Source of the DNA: Candidatus Dojkabacteria bacterium HGW-Dojkabacteria-1
Lineage (GTDB): Bacteria > Patescibacteriota > Dojkabacteria > SC72
Reading direction: 5' to 3'
DNA length: 64,000 nucleotides
Assembly: GCA_002840365.1 (NCBI GenBank)
Contig: PHAO01000001.1
Span: forward strand, 588,360-652,359
The translations under genes and the position numbers were made by a program. Positions 45,466 through 54,802 of this stretch are shown here, in pieces. The notes under the pieces are model-generated. The model ran no database searches, was not told the DNA's origin, and saw only the letters and a program-made list of their open reading frames with translations. The number at the start of each line of letters is the position of its first letter. Positions within the stretch are counted from its first letter, which is position 1.

Positions 45466-46575
45466 ATGTTAATATCCATAGAGATGGACATACAATTGCT
45501 AAAACAAAAATATTCCGAGAATAACGCTAAGAAAGAGAAAGAATCTCTTGAACAAAAGATGATGAATGCTCATCAAACCAATGAAAATATTTCACAGATA
45601 AGTATAGATTTAAACTACTACACTCAACTTTCAATATATATTGAACAAATTTTACATCAGATTAAAAGATATGAGGAAGCCTCTGTCATGCTCAGAGAGG
45701 AAACCGAAAAAGAATTAATCGAAATGGCACAAAGTGAAATTGAGGAAACTGAAGTTAAAATACAAGAGCTAGAAAAAGAAATCGCGAAATTAAAAATCGA
45801 AAGAGAATTTCATGATGAGGACGATAATAGATCGGCAATATTAGAGATAAGGGCAGGGGCAGGTGGTGACGAAGCAAGTCTCTTTGCAGCAGACCTATTT
45901 AGAATGTACAAAAACTATGCATTAAAGAACGGTTGGGAAATGCAGATCCTTGATAGCAATGTAACAGAAGGTGGTGGATACAAGGAAATAATTGCACAAA
46001 TTAATGGAAAAAATGTTTACAAAAAACTTAAATATGAAAGTGGTGTACACCGTGTACAAAGAGTACCTGTTACAGAATCCTCCGGAAGAATTCATACTTC
46101 TACTGCATCAGTTGCAATCCTTCCTGAAGCAAAGAATATAGATATAGATATAAATCCTGAAGATATTAGAATTGATGTAATGAGAGCCTCTGGAGCAGGT
46201 GGACAGTGTGTAAACAGAACAGACTCTGCAGTCAGAATTACTCATTTCCCAAGTGGTATTGTAGTAAGCTGCCAAGAAACTAAACACCAAAGCCAAAACA
46301 AAGAAAAAGCTATGGCACTACTAAGATCAAGACTCTATGAAAAGAAAAGACAGGAAGAAGCAGACAAAAGATCCAGCATGAGATCTTCACAAATAGGGAC
46401 AGCAATGAGAGCAGAAAAAATTAGGACATACAATTTCCCTCAAAACAGGATAACTGATCATAGAATAAAAAAATCCTGGCATAATATAGAGGCGGTATTA
46501 GCAGGAGAGATAGATGATATGGTCGAAGATATAAAAGAGGGAATACAATTAGAACTACTAAAAGATGCAGAGTAA
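45466..46575 (+). CDS. prfA: Peptide chain release factor 1
   Basis: GGQ motif SGAGGQCVNRTDSAVRITH. RF1-type tripeptide region RVPVTESSGRIHTS (P-x-T). The true start may be an internal Met (e.g. MDIQ...). Confidence 0.9.
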   Translation: MLISIEMDIQLLKQKYSENNAKKEKESLEQKMMNAHQTNENISQISIDLNYYTQLSIYIEQILHQIKRYEEASVMLREETEKELIEMAQSEIEETEVKIQELEKEIAKLKIEREFHDEDDNRSAILEIRAGAGGDEASLFAADLFRMYKNYALKNGWEMQILDSNVTEGGGYKEIIAQINGKNVYKKLKYESGVHRVQRVPVTESSGRIHTSTASVAILPEAKNIDIDINPEDIRIDVMRASGAGGQCVNRTDSAVRITHFPSGIVVSCQETKHQSQNKEKAMALLRSRLYEKKRQEEADKRSSMRSSQIGTAMRAEKIRTYNFPQNRITDHRIKKSWHNIEAVLAGEIDDMVEDIKEGIQLELLKDAE

Positions 46576-47371
46576 TCTAAAGTCTCTTTTCCAAATACAA
46601 ACTTTACTTCAGGATTTAGGATATCCTGATTACAAAAGAATTTCCCCAGAAGTAATAGACTTTATTAATGATAAAAAACTTAATCAAAACAGTCTCATAG
46701 AAAGATTAAAATCAGGAGAACCTTGGGAATATATTAAAGGATATACAGACTTTTGTGATAATAATTTTAAGGTAACTAGTGGTACATTAATACCTAGAAT
46801 TGAAACAGAACAACTTGTATATGAAGCAATTAAGATATTAAAGAGTGATAGTAAGGTAAAAGACTTTTTAGATATTGGAACAGGAACAGGTTGTATACCA
46901 ATCTCTGTTGCAAAACAGATAAATAGCTACCTTAATATTGTTGCCACGGATATCTCAAACGAAGCTCTTAAAGTGGCAAAAGAAAATGAGAAAAATATTC
47001 TTGGTAAAGAATATATTAAATGGGTAAGAACGGATTTAACAGAAAGTATACAACTTTCCTCCCCTACTCTAATTACTGCCAACCTTCCATATATTCCTAA
47101 GAATCAATACGAGAAATTAGATGACAGTGTAAAGCTTTTTGAACCTAGAATTGCCCTATTAGGAGGAGAAAAAGGATATGAAATTTATGAGAAATTTTTC
47201 AAAAATCTTGATACTAAAAAGATTAATGTTAAGTACATAGTACTTGAAACAGAAACAAGTATCATTTCTCAAACTAAAGAATTAGCAGAAAGATATTTTA
47301 GAAAAGCAAAAATACAGGTACTAAAAGACTCCTTTGAAAGAGAAAGATTTTTGTTAATTAGCTTCCTCTAG
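46565..47371 (+). CDS. prmC: Release-factor glutamine N5-methyltransferase PrmC/HemK
   Basis: SAM motif LDIGTGTGCIPISVA. Substrate motif ITANLPYIP (NPPY-like). Overlaps the prfA stop. Confidence 0.75.
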   Translation: MQSNLKSLFQIQTLLQDLGYPDYKRISPEVIDFINDKKLNQNSLIERLKSGEPWEYIKGYTDFCDNNFKVTSGTLIPRIETEQLVYEAIKILKSDSKVKDFLDIGTGTGCIPISVAKQINSYLNIVATDISNEALKVAKENEKNILGKEYIKWVRTDLTESIQLSSPTLITANLPYIPKNQYEKLDDSVKLFEPRIALLGGEKGYEIYEKFFKNLDTKKINVKYIVLETETSIISQTKELAERYFRKAKIQVLKDSFERERFLLISFL

Positions 47372-48523
47372 AGTTACTTTTACAGTTCTTGTTTTTCCTG
47401 CATTCCAAAGCTCTATCTCTACCTGTTCACCTACCTTGAATGATTGTATAAGGGATGCAAAAGCTCCTCTAACAGATTCTCCATTTATCTTTGTAATTAT
47501 GTCCCCTCTTTCAATACCAGCTTTCACAGCGGGTCCTTGTGAATCTGTACTGATAACTAGTGCACCAGCAACAATGTCCCTGTAGTAGAGGGCTTCATAC
47601 TCTGAAATCATTTGATATGAGATTCCAAGATATGGTTTAATAAATTTTCCATATGTTCGATACTCATTTAATCTCTGCTTTACTATATTAATCGGTAAAG
47701 CGAAAGATATATTATCTGCTCCAGAACTAGTAGCAAAGTTAACCCCTATTACTTTCCCCTCAGTACTTATCAATGGACCACCAGAATTACCAGGATTTAC
47801 GGCGGCATCTGTTTGTATAACATCTTCATATACTTTCGTTGTAGAACCGAACCATCCAGAAGATGTTCTTACAGATCTACTAAGTCCACTTATTACTCCA
47901 GTTGTAACACTACCAGCATACTCTCCTAGTGGTGTTCCAATAGCAATAACAGTTTGACCAACTAAAAGATTGTCCGAATCTCCAAGTTCAAGAGCTTTTA
48001 AATCTTTTGCGTCTATCTTTAATACTGCAATATCATTACTATCATCTCTCATTATCTCTGCAACAGTATGCTGTTTTCCATCTTCAGTAATTACTATATA
48101 TGATGCTGTTGTTTCAGATACTACATGTTGATTTGTGATAATTATTCCATTAGGATCAACAATAAAACCTGTCCCAATCTTACTTACACTATCAACTACA
48201 CCTCCCCCTCTTTGTAAGGAGACCTGAGAGACAGCAATACTTACAACAGAGTCAGAAGATTCTTTTACAACGTTAATAATTACATTCTCCTCTGGAGTAA
48301 CTGTGATATTTGGTGATACTCTTTCTTCTGCGACATTATCATTACCCAAAAGTATATTTCTCAACTCTGGAGATACTCGAAGTACAAGTATTGTTGTAAC
48401 TAAAAGAAGTACAAACATAGCTAAGACAACAACTGAGATGCCGATAACTTTGAGATATTTAAATTTACTCAAATCTACCTTAATTTTCCTTTTTTCTTCT
48501 ACTTTCTTTGTTTCTTTTTCCAT
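47354..48523 (-). CDS. htrA: HtrA/DegP-family trypsin-like serine protease with PDZ domain
   Basis: N-terminal TM. Catalytic triad regions ITNQHVV, DIAVLKI and GNSGGPL. C-terminal PDZ. Confidence 0.85.
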   Translation of the reverse strand: MEKETKKVEEKRKIKVDLSKFKYLKVIGISVVVLAMFVLLLVTTILVLRVSPELRNILLGNDNVAEERVSPNITVTPEENVIINVVKESSDSVVSIAVSQVSLQRGGGVVDSVSKIGTGFIVDPNGIIITNQHVVSETTASYIVITEDGKQHTVAEIMRDDSNDIAVLKIDAKDLKALELGDSDNLLVGQTVIAIGTPLGEYAGSVTTGVISGLSRSVRTSSGWFGSTTKVYEDVIQTDAAVNPGNSGGPLISTEGKVIGVNFATSSGADNISFALPINIVKQRLNEYRTYGKFIKPYLGISYQMISEYEALYYRDIVAGALVISTDSQGPAVKAGIERGDIITKINGESVRGAFASLIQSFKVGEQVEIELWNAGKTRTVKVTLEEAN

Positions 48524-48542
48524 ATCAGTTGTTATTAATAAT

Positions 48543-49748
48543 TTAGCTATTAAGTAACTTCAGTGCATCTTCTAATTGCCTATCAAGACCTTTAAGAAAA
48601 TCTTCAGTAGTATTCTCTACTTCATAATCTGGAGTTACAGGATTCTCTCTGTTTAACCAGTTACCATCAGGAAGCAACCATTTTAATATCGTAATATGTA
48701 AGCTAGAACCTCCTCTTAAGTCCAAAACACTCTGTGCTGTACCCTTACCATATGTTTCAGTCCCCAATACCTTTGCTCTACCATTCTGTTGTAACGCCCC
48801 TGCAAAAATCTCTGAAGCTGATGCACTACCCGCATCTACAAGAATAATAACCTCAATATTTTGTAATTTACCACCTTTTTTGGCCAAGAACTCTTGTACA
48901 TTGCCACTACCATCTTCTTGTTTTGCTATTAATGTGCCCTCTGGTAGGAAATCACCAGCTGCATATACAGCAGCATCAAAATACCCTCCAGGATTACCCC
49001 TTAAATCAACGATAGCTTTCTTTGTCCCTTTTGCAACAACCTTATTTACTAGTTCATCCCATTTTCCATTCCACTCCAAGTATGAAGATTCTGTAAATCT
49101 TGCAATATCAATCATAGCTACACTTTCATTTTTCCCTACATAGGTTAATGTCATACTTGGTACTGTAACCTGTCCTCTAGTTATCTCAATATCCACAGCT
49201 TCTAAATCACCTTTATGTAAAACTTTCAATACAACTTTTGTACCAGATTTACCACGAATTTTCTGCACTATTTCATATATATTGTCTCCACTCTTTATTT
49301 CATAATCATCTACTGCAAGTATGTAGTCTCCGGGTCTAATACCAGCATCTTTTGCTGGAGAACCATCAAGGGGCGATACTATTATTATTGCACCATTTTC
49401 ATATCCTAGTTCTGCACCAATTCCTTCAAAGTATTTACCCTGATTTGCCTCATTAAACTTTCTTGTCTCTTCAGGAGTCAAAAATACTGTAGCAGGGTCA
49501 CCATATGAATCAACCATTCCTTTTATTGCACCAAACATTCTTTCATCCTCTGTAACCTTCTCTTTTTCTACATACTTACTCTCCATTATGTTCCATACTT
49601 CCCAGAACAAATCTTGACTTACATCAGGTTTTTTAAGTAGAAAAGATGCAGTTGGAACATCAAAGTTTCTACCAACCATTATTCCAAATGAGAATGCTAC
49701 TACAACTATTACTGTTATCCAGAAATTTCTTGTTAATCTGTTTTCCAC
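48543..49748 (-). CDS. ctpA: C-terminal processing peptidase (S41, tail-specific protease family)
   Basis: PDZ domain. S41 motifs GNPGGY and LVDAGSASASEIFAGAL (catalytic Ser), with a downstream Lys. Confidence 0.8.
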   Translation of the reverse strand: MENRLTRNFWITVIVVVAFSFGIMVGRNFDVPTASFLLKKPDVSQDLFWEVWNIMESKYVEKEKVTEDERMFGAIKGMVDSYGDPATVFLTPEETRKFNEANQGKYFEGIGAELGYENGAIIIVSPLDGSPAKDAGIRPGDYILAVDDYEIKSGDNIYEIVQKIRGKSGTKVVLKVLHKGDLEAVDIEITRGQVTVPSMTLTYVGKNESVAMIDIARFTESSYLEWNGKWDELVNKVVAKGTKKAIVDLRGNPGGYFDAAVYAAGDFLPEGTLIAKQEDGSGNVQEFLAKKGGKLQNIEVIILVDAGSASASEIFAGALQQNGRAKVLGTETYGKGTAQSVLDLRGGSSLHITILKWLLPDGNWLNRENPVTPDYEVENTTEDFLKGLDRQLEDALKLLNS

Positions 49749-49805
49749 GTTAGAAGAAAGATAAAATAAAGTATATCTTGAAATTATATTATCCCAAGGA
49801 ATGTA

Positions 49806-50816
49806 TTACAAATCGATAAAATCTAAACTACCAATATGTAGTAGAGATTTACCTTTTTTGTCAAAATCTACAAAGACATATCCTGAATCACCCTGCATAT
49901 CTACAATTTTACCAATATATCCATAGCTTGATTGAGCTCTTGAAATAACGGTTTGATTAATATACTGATCTACAAACCACCCCCTATTTTCTTTAATATC
50001 TCCAGATATGATGAAGAGCTGATTTTCGATTCCATCTAATATTGTTAATCGACCTTTTAGTGTAATCAATCGGTCAATAAATTTCGGATCACAATGAACT
50101 GAACCAAAACCACCAAGAACAGCAACCGGAAGACCAATATTTCTAAACTCTGAATATGATATTGCATATGTAAGTATGGCTACTGCTCCTCTTTCAAAAA
50201 GCTCAAATGCAACCCTATCATAAAGAACAGGTCCCACCCAGACAATCTTTCCACTATAATCTGTATCTAATATCTTCTCTGTTACTATACTATTTCCATC
50301 TGCTAATATTTCCAATTTCCCGAAATATTTACTTTCTGTCTTTGTTGTAGCAACAGCATCTATACAAGTTGCATCTGCAGTTACAACCATACCATCATTA
50401 GGATTTATTGTATTGATATATCCATCAAAGTCACTTTCGAATATAGTGCTAGTTTCCTCTCCAAGAATATCCATATATCCCTTTGATATTCTGCTTAAAT
50501 CCAATATTCCAGAAACACTTGCTACTGCTTCAGTAACGGTTAAACCTCCACTAGAAACTTTCTGTGCTAAAATATCTCCCTCGTCTACATATTCACCATT
50601 TATTCTAGAAATATATTTAAACGAGTCTTCCACCTTACAATTGATTATCTTTGGTAGATAAATTGATTTCTTTATCCCACTATTGTATCCCTCAAATAGC
50701 TTGTCTCCTATCTTTACATAGCTTCCCTGTTTAACAAAAACTTTTTCGTTACCCTTTAAAGGTATACTAAATTTGTAATCTGTATATTTTTCAAAAATCC
50801 TACTCCTTATTTCCAT
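49806..50816 (-). CDS. Hypothetical protein (336 aa)
   Basis: Intact ORF. Overlaps the upstream gene by 17 bp. No motif recognised. Confidence 0.4.
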   Translation of the reverse strand: MEIRSRIFEKYTDYKFSIPLKGNEKVFVKQGSYVKIGDKLFEGYNSGIKKSIYLPKIINCKVEDSFKYISRINGEYVDEGDILAQKVSSGGLTVTEAVASVSGILDLSRISKGYMDILGEETSTIFESDFDGYINTINPNDGMVVTADATCIDAVATTKTESKYFGKLEILADGNSIVTEKILDTDYSGKIVWVGPVLYDRVAFELFERGAVAILTYAISYSEFRNIGLPVAVLGGFGSVHCDPKFIDRLITLKGRLTILDGIENQLFIISGDIKENRGWFVDQYINQTVISRAQSSYGYIGKIVDMQGDSGYVFVDFDKKGKSLLHIGSLDFIDL

Positions 50817-52173
50817 TGCTCCAATTCTGTAATTTTATCTTGTTATCCTTAGCTTTAGGTCCATATATTACTGGTCGTATTCTACAATCAATAACAAAGG
50901 AGTCATACAATACTCCACCATGATTTGAGATAAAGGAAATATCTGTATTTGGGTAGTGAGTTAAAACTGTACCATTTTTCAATACTCCTTCGACTACTAC
51001 CTTGTTTCTACCATTTGGGATATTAAATAACTCTAAATTTGGATTAAGAGCATATATCTCTTTCTGCTCAAATTCTTGAGAAAGCATCTTTCCCGTAAAT
51101 ACAATCTTTCCTTTTGCTCTTGATGGAACCTCTGGTATAACAACTTTACAAGCTCTTGGAAGAATATCCCCCTTTATTACAACAATATCTTCTGACTCGG
51201 ATGCCTTTATTAAATTTTTCCCATAGCAAATCATCCTGTTATCACTATCCATATACAAATCAAATATCCCATCTAATTCAAAACCATCAATAATTGAAAG
51301 TAAGAGATCTCTCTTCTTTAGTAATTTTGCTAATTTACCCGTAACAAATACAGCACTACTCGTTCTTCCAAAACCATTTAACTTCTCTTTGTTACTCTCT
51401 TTGATAGAGAGATTTTGTATTGTTACATATGACCTCATAACATCATCTACTATCTGATCTGATACGTAGTCAGGTGTATTTGCAACAAAATTAGCCCATC
51501 TATCTGTAACCTCTTGGGCACTTGATTCAACAGACAAGAATGCCTGTAATCTTGAATTCTTTATAGAGTCAATCAACCCTATCTCACTATTCCATGATAT
51601 CTTACTTGTAGAAAAATCCAACCCTATCCTTTTTTCTTTCCCAAAAATTCCTGTAGATACAGTCTTAAACCTTGACCTATACACAGTAAAGTGTGAAAGA
51701 TCTAAATCTATCCAAAGTATATCCTCATATTCAAGTCTTTCTCTTAACCCCTCTATCAATCCTTTCATGTATTTATCGTCAACTACCCTCAAGGAAATAT
51801 CCTTAGAAAAATCCTTCAATGAAAGATATATCTTGTTAAAGAATGGTTGATTATCATCAACCATAACCTTTAAACCACTAACCCCTACTCCTTCCGATTG
51901 AAAATCAACTATCTTAAATATTCCATCCCATCTTCTATCAACAATATCCCAATCGAAGACTTTTTCTAAGGAATCGAAATATTCAAACCAAAATTGCTTG
52001 TTAAATACAATATCATCCATTCTAAACTTCAAGGGTGAAAGATCTGTAACATCAGAGAGCATATATGTTTTTTGTGCTAAAAAATCAGTATATGCAAGAT
52101 TAGCAAATATATGATTATCCTTAACAAAGACACTTAAGTAAGCATTTTGTTTTAATATGGGCAGTGTACTCAT
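50800..52173 (-). CDS. Hypothetical protein (457 aa)
   Basis: Intact ORF. Translationally coupled to the 49806-50816 gene. No motif recognised. Confidence 0.4.
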   Translation of the reverse strand: MSTLPILKQNAYLSVFVKDNHIFANLAYTDFLAQKTYMLSDVTDLSPLKFRMDDIVFNKQFWFEYFDSLEKVFDWDIVDRRWDGIFKIVDFQSEGVGVSGLKVMVDDNQPFFNKIYLSLKDFSKDISLRVVDDKYMKGLIEGLRERLEYEDILWIDLDLSHFTVYRSRFKTVSTGIFGKEKRIGLDFSTSKISWNSEIGLIDSIKNSRLQAFLSVESSAQEVTDRWANFVANTPDYVSDQIVDDVMRSYVTIQNLSIKESNKEKLNGFGRTSSAVFVTGKLAKLLKKRDLLLSIIDGFELDGIFDLYMDSDNRMICYGKNLIKASESEDIVVIKGDILPRACKVVIPEVPSRAKGKIVFTGKMLSQEFEQKEIYALNPNLELFNIPNGRNKVVVEGVLKNGTVLTHYPNTDISFISNHGGVLYDSFVIDCRIRPVIYGPKAKDNKIKLQNWSNGNKE

Positions 52174-52221
52174 TACGTAAACAGTTTACCAGTAAAAGGA
52201 TATTTTGGAAACAATGGGGGA

Positions 52222-52250
52222 GTAAAAAGGGGGCCATTAAGCCCCCTTTC
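52222..52250 (-). terminator. Rho-independent terminator on the minus strand: GGGGGC-TTAATG-GCCCCC followed by TTTTT
   Basis: Read directly from the sequence. Lies 3' of rpsR. Confidence 0.7.
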
Positions 52251-52270
52251 TTTATTAAATCATATTTAAG

Positions 52271-52615
52271 TTATGCTTCTCTTGCAACGTATGGAAGAAG
52301 AGACATAAATCTAGCTCTTTTAATTGCTCTTTTTAATTGCTTCTGATGTTTGTGACATGCTCCAGATTTTTCTGTAGAAATAATCTTTCCCCTTACAGAT
52401 GTAAATTTCTTGAGCTGGTATACATCTTTGTAGGAAATATTTTTTACTCCAGAATCACAAAGAGGACATGAAAGATTTTGTACAATCTTTCTTCTCTTCC
52501 TTATCTTTTTCTTCCCACCATATGAATCATCTGTTTCCTCTTCAGTAACACTCTTCTCATCAAAGACATCTTCCAATGTTGGCACTACTACTTTTTTCTC
52601 TTCTTCTCCACTCAT
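52271..52615 (-). CDS. rpsR: 30S ribosomal protein S18 (with N-terminal acidic extension)
   Basis: ...KFTSVRGKIISTEKSGACHKHQKQLKRAIKRARFMSLLPYV is the S18 signature. Confidence 0.85.
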   Translation of the reverse strand: MSGEEEKKVVVPTLEDVFDEKSVTEEETDDSYGGKKKIRKRRKIVQNLSCPLCDSGVKNISYKDVYQLKKFTSVRGKIISTEKSGACHKHQKQLKRAIKRARFMSLLPYVAREA

Positions 52616-52633
52616 TACTTACTTAAACCTAAA

Positions 52634-53089
52634 TTAAAATGGTAAATCTGAATCCTCTAAAGGATCTTCATCTGTAGATGATTCCTCCAAAGGCATTTCT
52701 TCTTCAACTTCTTGCTCATGTGCAGGTTCTCCTGCTCCATTACCTTGCTTTCCCTTACTATCTAAGAGAATCATATCATTTACTCTTACTTCAGTCTTGT
52801 ATCTTGTAGAACCATCTTCTGCTTCCCATGATCTTGTTGTAAGTGAACCTTCAATGTAAACTTTCATTCCTTTTGCAAGTAATTGCTGACATATCTCAGC
52901 CATTTTGTTCCAAGCTACAATATTATGGAATTCTGCAACCTCCTTCATATTCCCATCTTGATCTTTCCAAGACTTGTTAGTTGCTAAACCAAATGTAACA
53001 ACAGGTGTACCACCAGTTGTATATCTTAGCTCAGGTTCTCTTGTTAAATTACCTATTAACTGAACTTTGTTTAAAGACCTTGCTGACAT
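52634..53089 (-). CDS. ssb: Single-stranded DNA-binding protein
   Basis: OB-fold segment VQLIGNLTREPELRYTTGGTPVVTFGLATN. Acidic tail ending DSDLPF. Confidence 0.9.
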   Translation of the reverse strand: MSARSLNKVQLIGNLTREPELRYTTGGTPVVTFGLATNKSWKDQDGNMKEVAEFHNIVAWNKMAEICQQLLAKGMKVYIEGSLTTRSWEAEDGSTRYKTEVRVNDMILLDSKGKQGNGAGEPAHEQEVEEEMPLEESSTDEDPLEDSDLPF

Positions 53090-53154
53090 TTTGTGTATAT
53101 ATATAAATTTAACTTACCTAAAATATTACCAGCCAAAAATAAAAAAATACTTAA

Positions 53155-53517
53155 CTATACTTCAATTTCTTTTTTCTTAATTCTAGTCCCTATTTCCTCT
53201 GGATGATCAACCTCAACAATCATAAATCTCAAAATCTCTTGTCTCAATTGAAGTAATCTCTTCATTTCATTAATGATTTTTGGAGATGATTTGAAATCAT
53301 ATACAATGTAATATCCCTCGTTATGACCTGCAATTTTGTATGCCAAATACCTCTTTCCCCATACATCAACATCTAATACCTCTCCTTTATCCTGTTCCAT
53401 CATATCCATAAATTCCTTATGAATACTCTTTCTTAAATCATCCGGAAGTAATGGCTTTAATACAACCATCATCTCATAGTTCCTCATCTTTTTTACTCTA
53501 TCTGTAGACATCAACAA
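53155..53517 (-). CDS. rpsF: 30S ribosomal protein S6
   Basis: MRNYEMMVVLKP...GKRYLAYKI matches S6. The real start is probably the internal Met (MRNYE). Confidence 0.8.
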   Translation of the reverse strand: MLMSTDRVKKMRNYEMMVVLKPLLPDDLRKSIHKEFMDMMEQDKGEVLDVDVWGKRYLAYKIAGHNEGYYIVYDFKSSPKIINEMKRLLQLRQEILRFMIVEVDHPEEIGTRIKKKEIEV

Positions 53518-53584
53518 CTATCTATTAAATTAATATCAATGCGAATGGAATTTTATCAGAAAAAACAACCAATTACAATTCTAT

Positions 53585-54709
53585 TTAAGCATTTGCCAAA
53601 ATTACAATATAGTCTCCATCCCTAACTATATACTCTTTACCATGATTTTTCACCAAACCTTCCTCTTTAGCCCTATTCCATCCACCCACATTAATCATTT
53701 CTTCTACATTCACAACATCTGCTGTAATAAAGTTTTTGGATAAATCCGTATGAATAACACCAGCAGCACTCTTTACATTGGCACCACTTTCAATAGTCCA
53801 TGCATTACACTCCTTTTTGGAACCCGTATAAAAAGTAAGAAGTTTTAATCTCTTGTAAGCATACATAATTACATCTTCTACAGTTATTGGCTTACTACCA
53901 AGTAATTCTACATATTCATTTAATTCATCATCACTCATTCCAGCCAAATCAGAAAGAAGTTTTACATCTACTCTTACAATGTATTCTTTCTTAACATCTT
54001 TTGATATTTCCATTAGCTTACTCTCCCATTCCCCTATCTTCTCCTCATCTAAACCCTCTTTACAATTAAGTAAGAAAAGTCTTTGTTTAGCAGTAAGTAA
54101 CCAAAGCTCTTTTACAAATTCTTTCTCTTCATCATTAAAGATCATATCTATAACTGGAATACCTTCATTTAAACCCTGTTTTAACTTTTCTAACACTGAT
54201 CTTTGTAATTGAGACTCACTTGTAATACCTGATTTAGAATTCCTAATAACTGAAGCTAGTTTTTTCTCAACTGCTTCTAAATCTTTAAATATTAACTCTG
54301 CTTGAACAATCTCAAAATCCTCTACAGGATTAACCCTGTTGTATACATGAACAATCTCATTACTAGTGAAAGCCCTAAGAACATATACAATTACATCGAC
54401 CTCTTTAATATGGGCAAGGAATTGATTACCTAAGCCTTCTCCCTTAGAAGCACCTTTAACTAATCCTGCAATATCTACAAATGTCATAACAGATGGAACA
54501 ACTTTCTCTGCATTAAAAAATTCAGAAAGCTTTCTTAACCTTTCATCGGGTATCTCTACCACACCGATATTCTTGTCTATTGTACAAAAAGGGAAGTTCT
54601 CTGCAGGAACAGATTTTTTTGTTAGTGCATTAAAAAGGGATGACTTACCTGCATTTGGTAAACCAACTATTCCTAACGACAATGTATGTGACCTAGTTAC
54701 CTCACTCAT
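53585..54709 (-). CDS. ychF: Ribosome-binding ATPase YchF (Obg-family GTPase with TGS domain)
   Basis: G1 GIVGLPNAGKSSLFNALT and G4-like NxxE. The C-terminal TGS domain ends IVRDGDYIVILAN. Confidence 0.9.
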   Translation of the reverse strand: MSEVTRSHTLSLGIVGLPNAGKSSLFNALTKKSVPAENFPFCTIDKNIGVVEIPDERLRKLSEFFNAEKVVPSVMTFVDIAGLVKGASKGEGLGNQFLAHIKEVDVIVYVLRAFTSNEIVHVYNRVNPVEDFEIVQAELIFKDLEAVEKKLASVIRNSKSGITSESQLQRSVLEKLKQGLNEGIPVIDMIFNDEEKEFVKELWLLTAKQRLFLLNCKEGLDEEKIGEWESKLMEISKDVKKEYIVRVDVKLLSDLAGMSDDELNEYVELLGSKPITVEDVIMYAYKRLKLLTFYTGSKKECNAWTIESGANVKSAAGVIHTDLSKNFITADVVNVEEMINVGGWNRAKEEGLVKNHGKEYIVRDGDYIVILANA

Positions 54710-54802
54710 ATTGTATACATATATATTAACCCCAGGATTATACCATCTTTAAAGGTAATATTAACTCTTTCAATGAGAGAAATTCTAAAGTAATATATTC
54801 AC

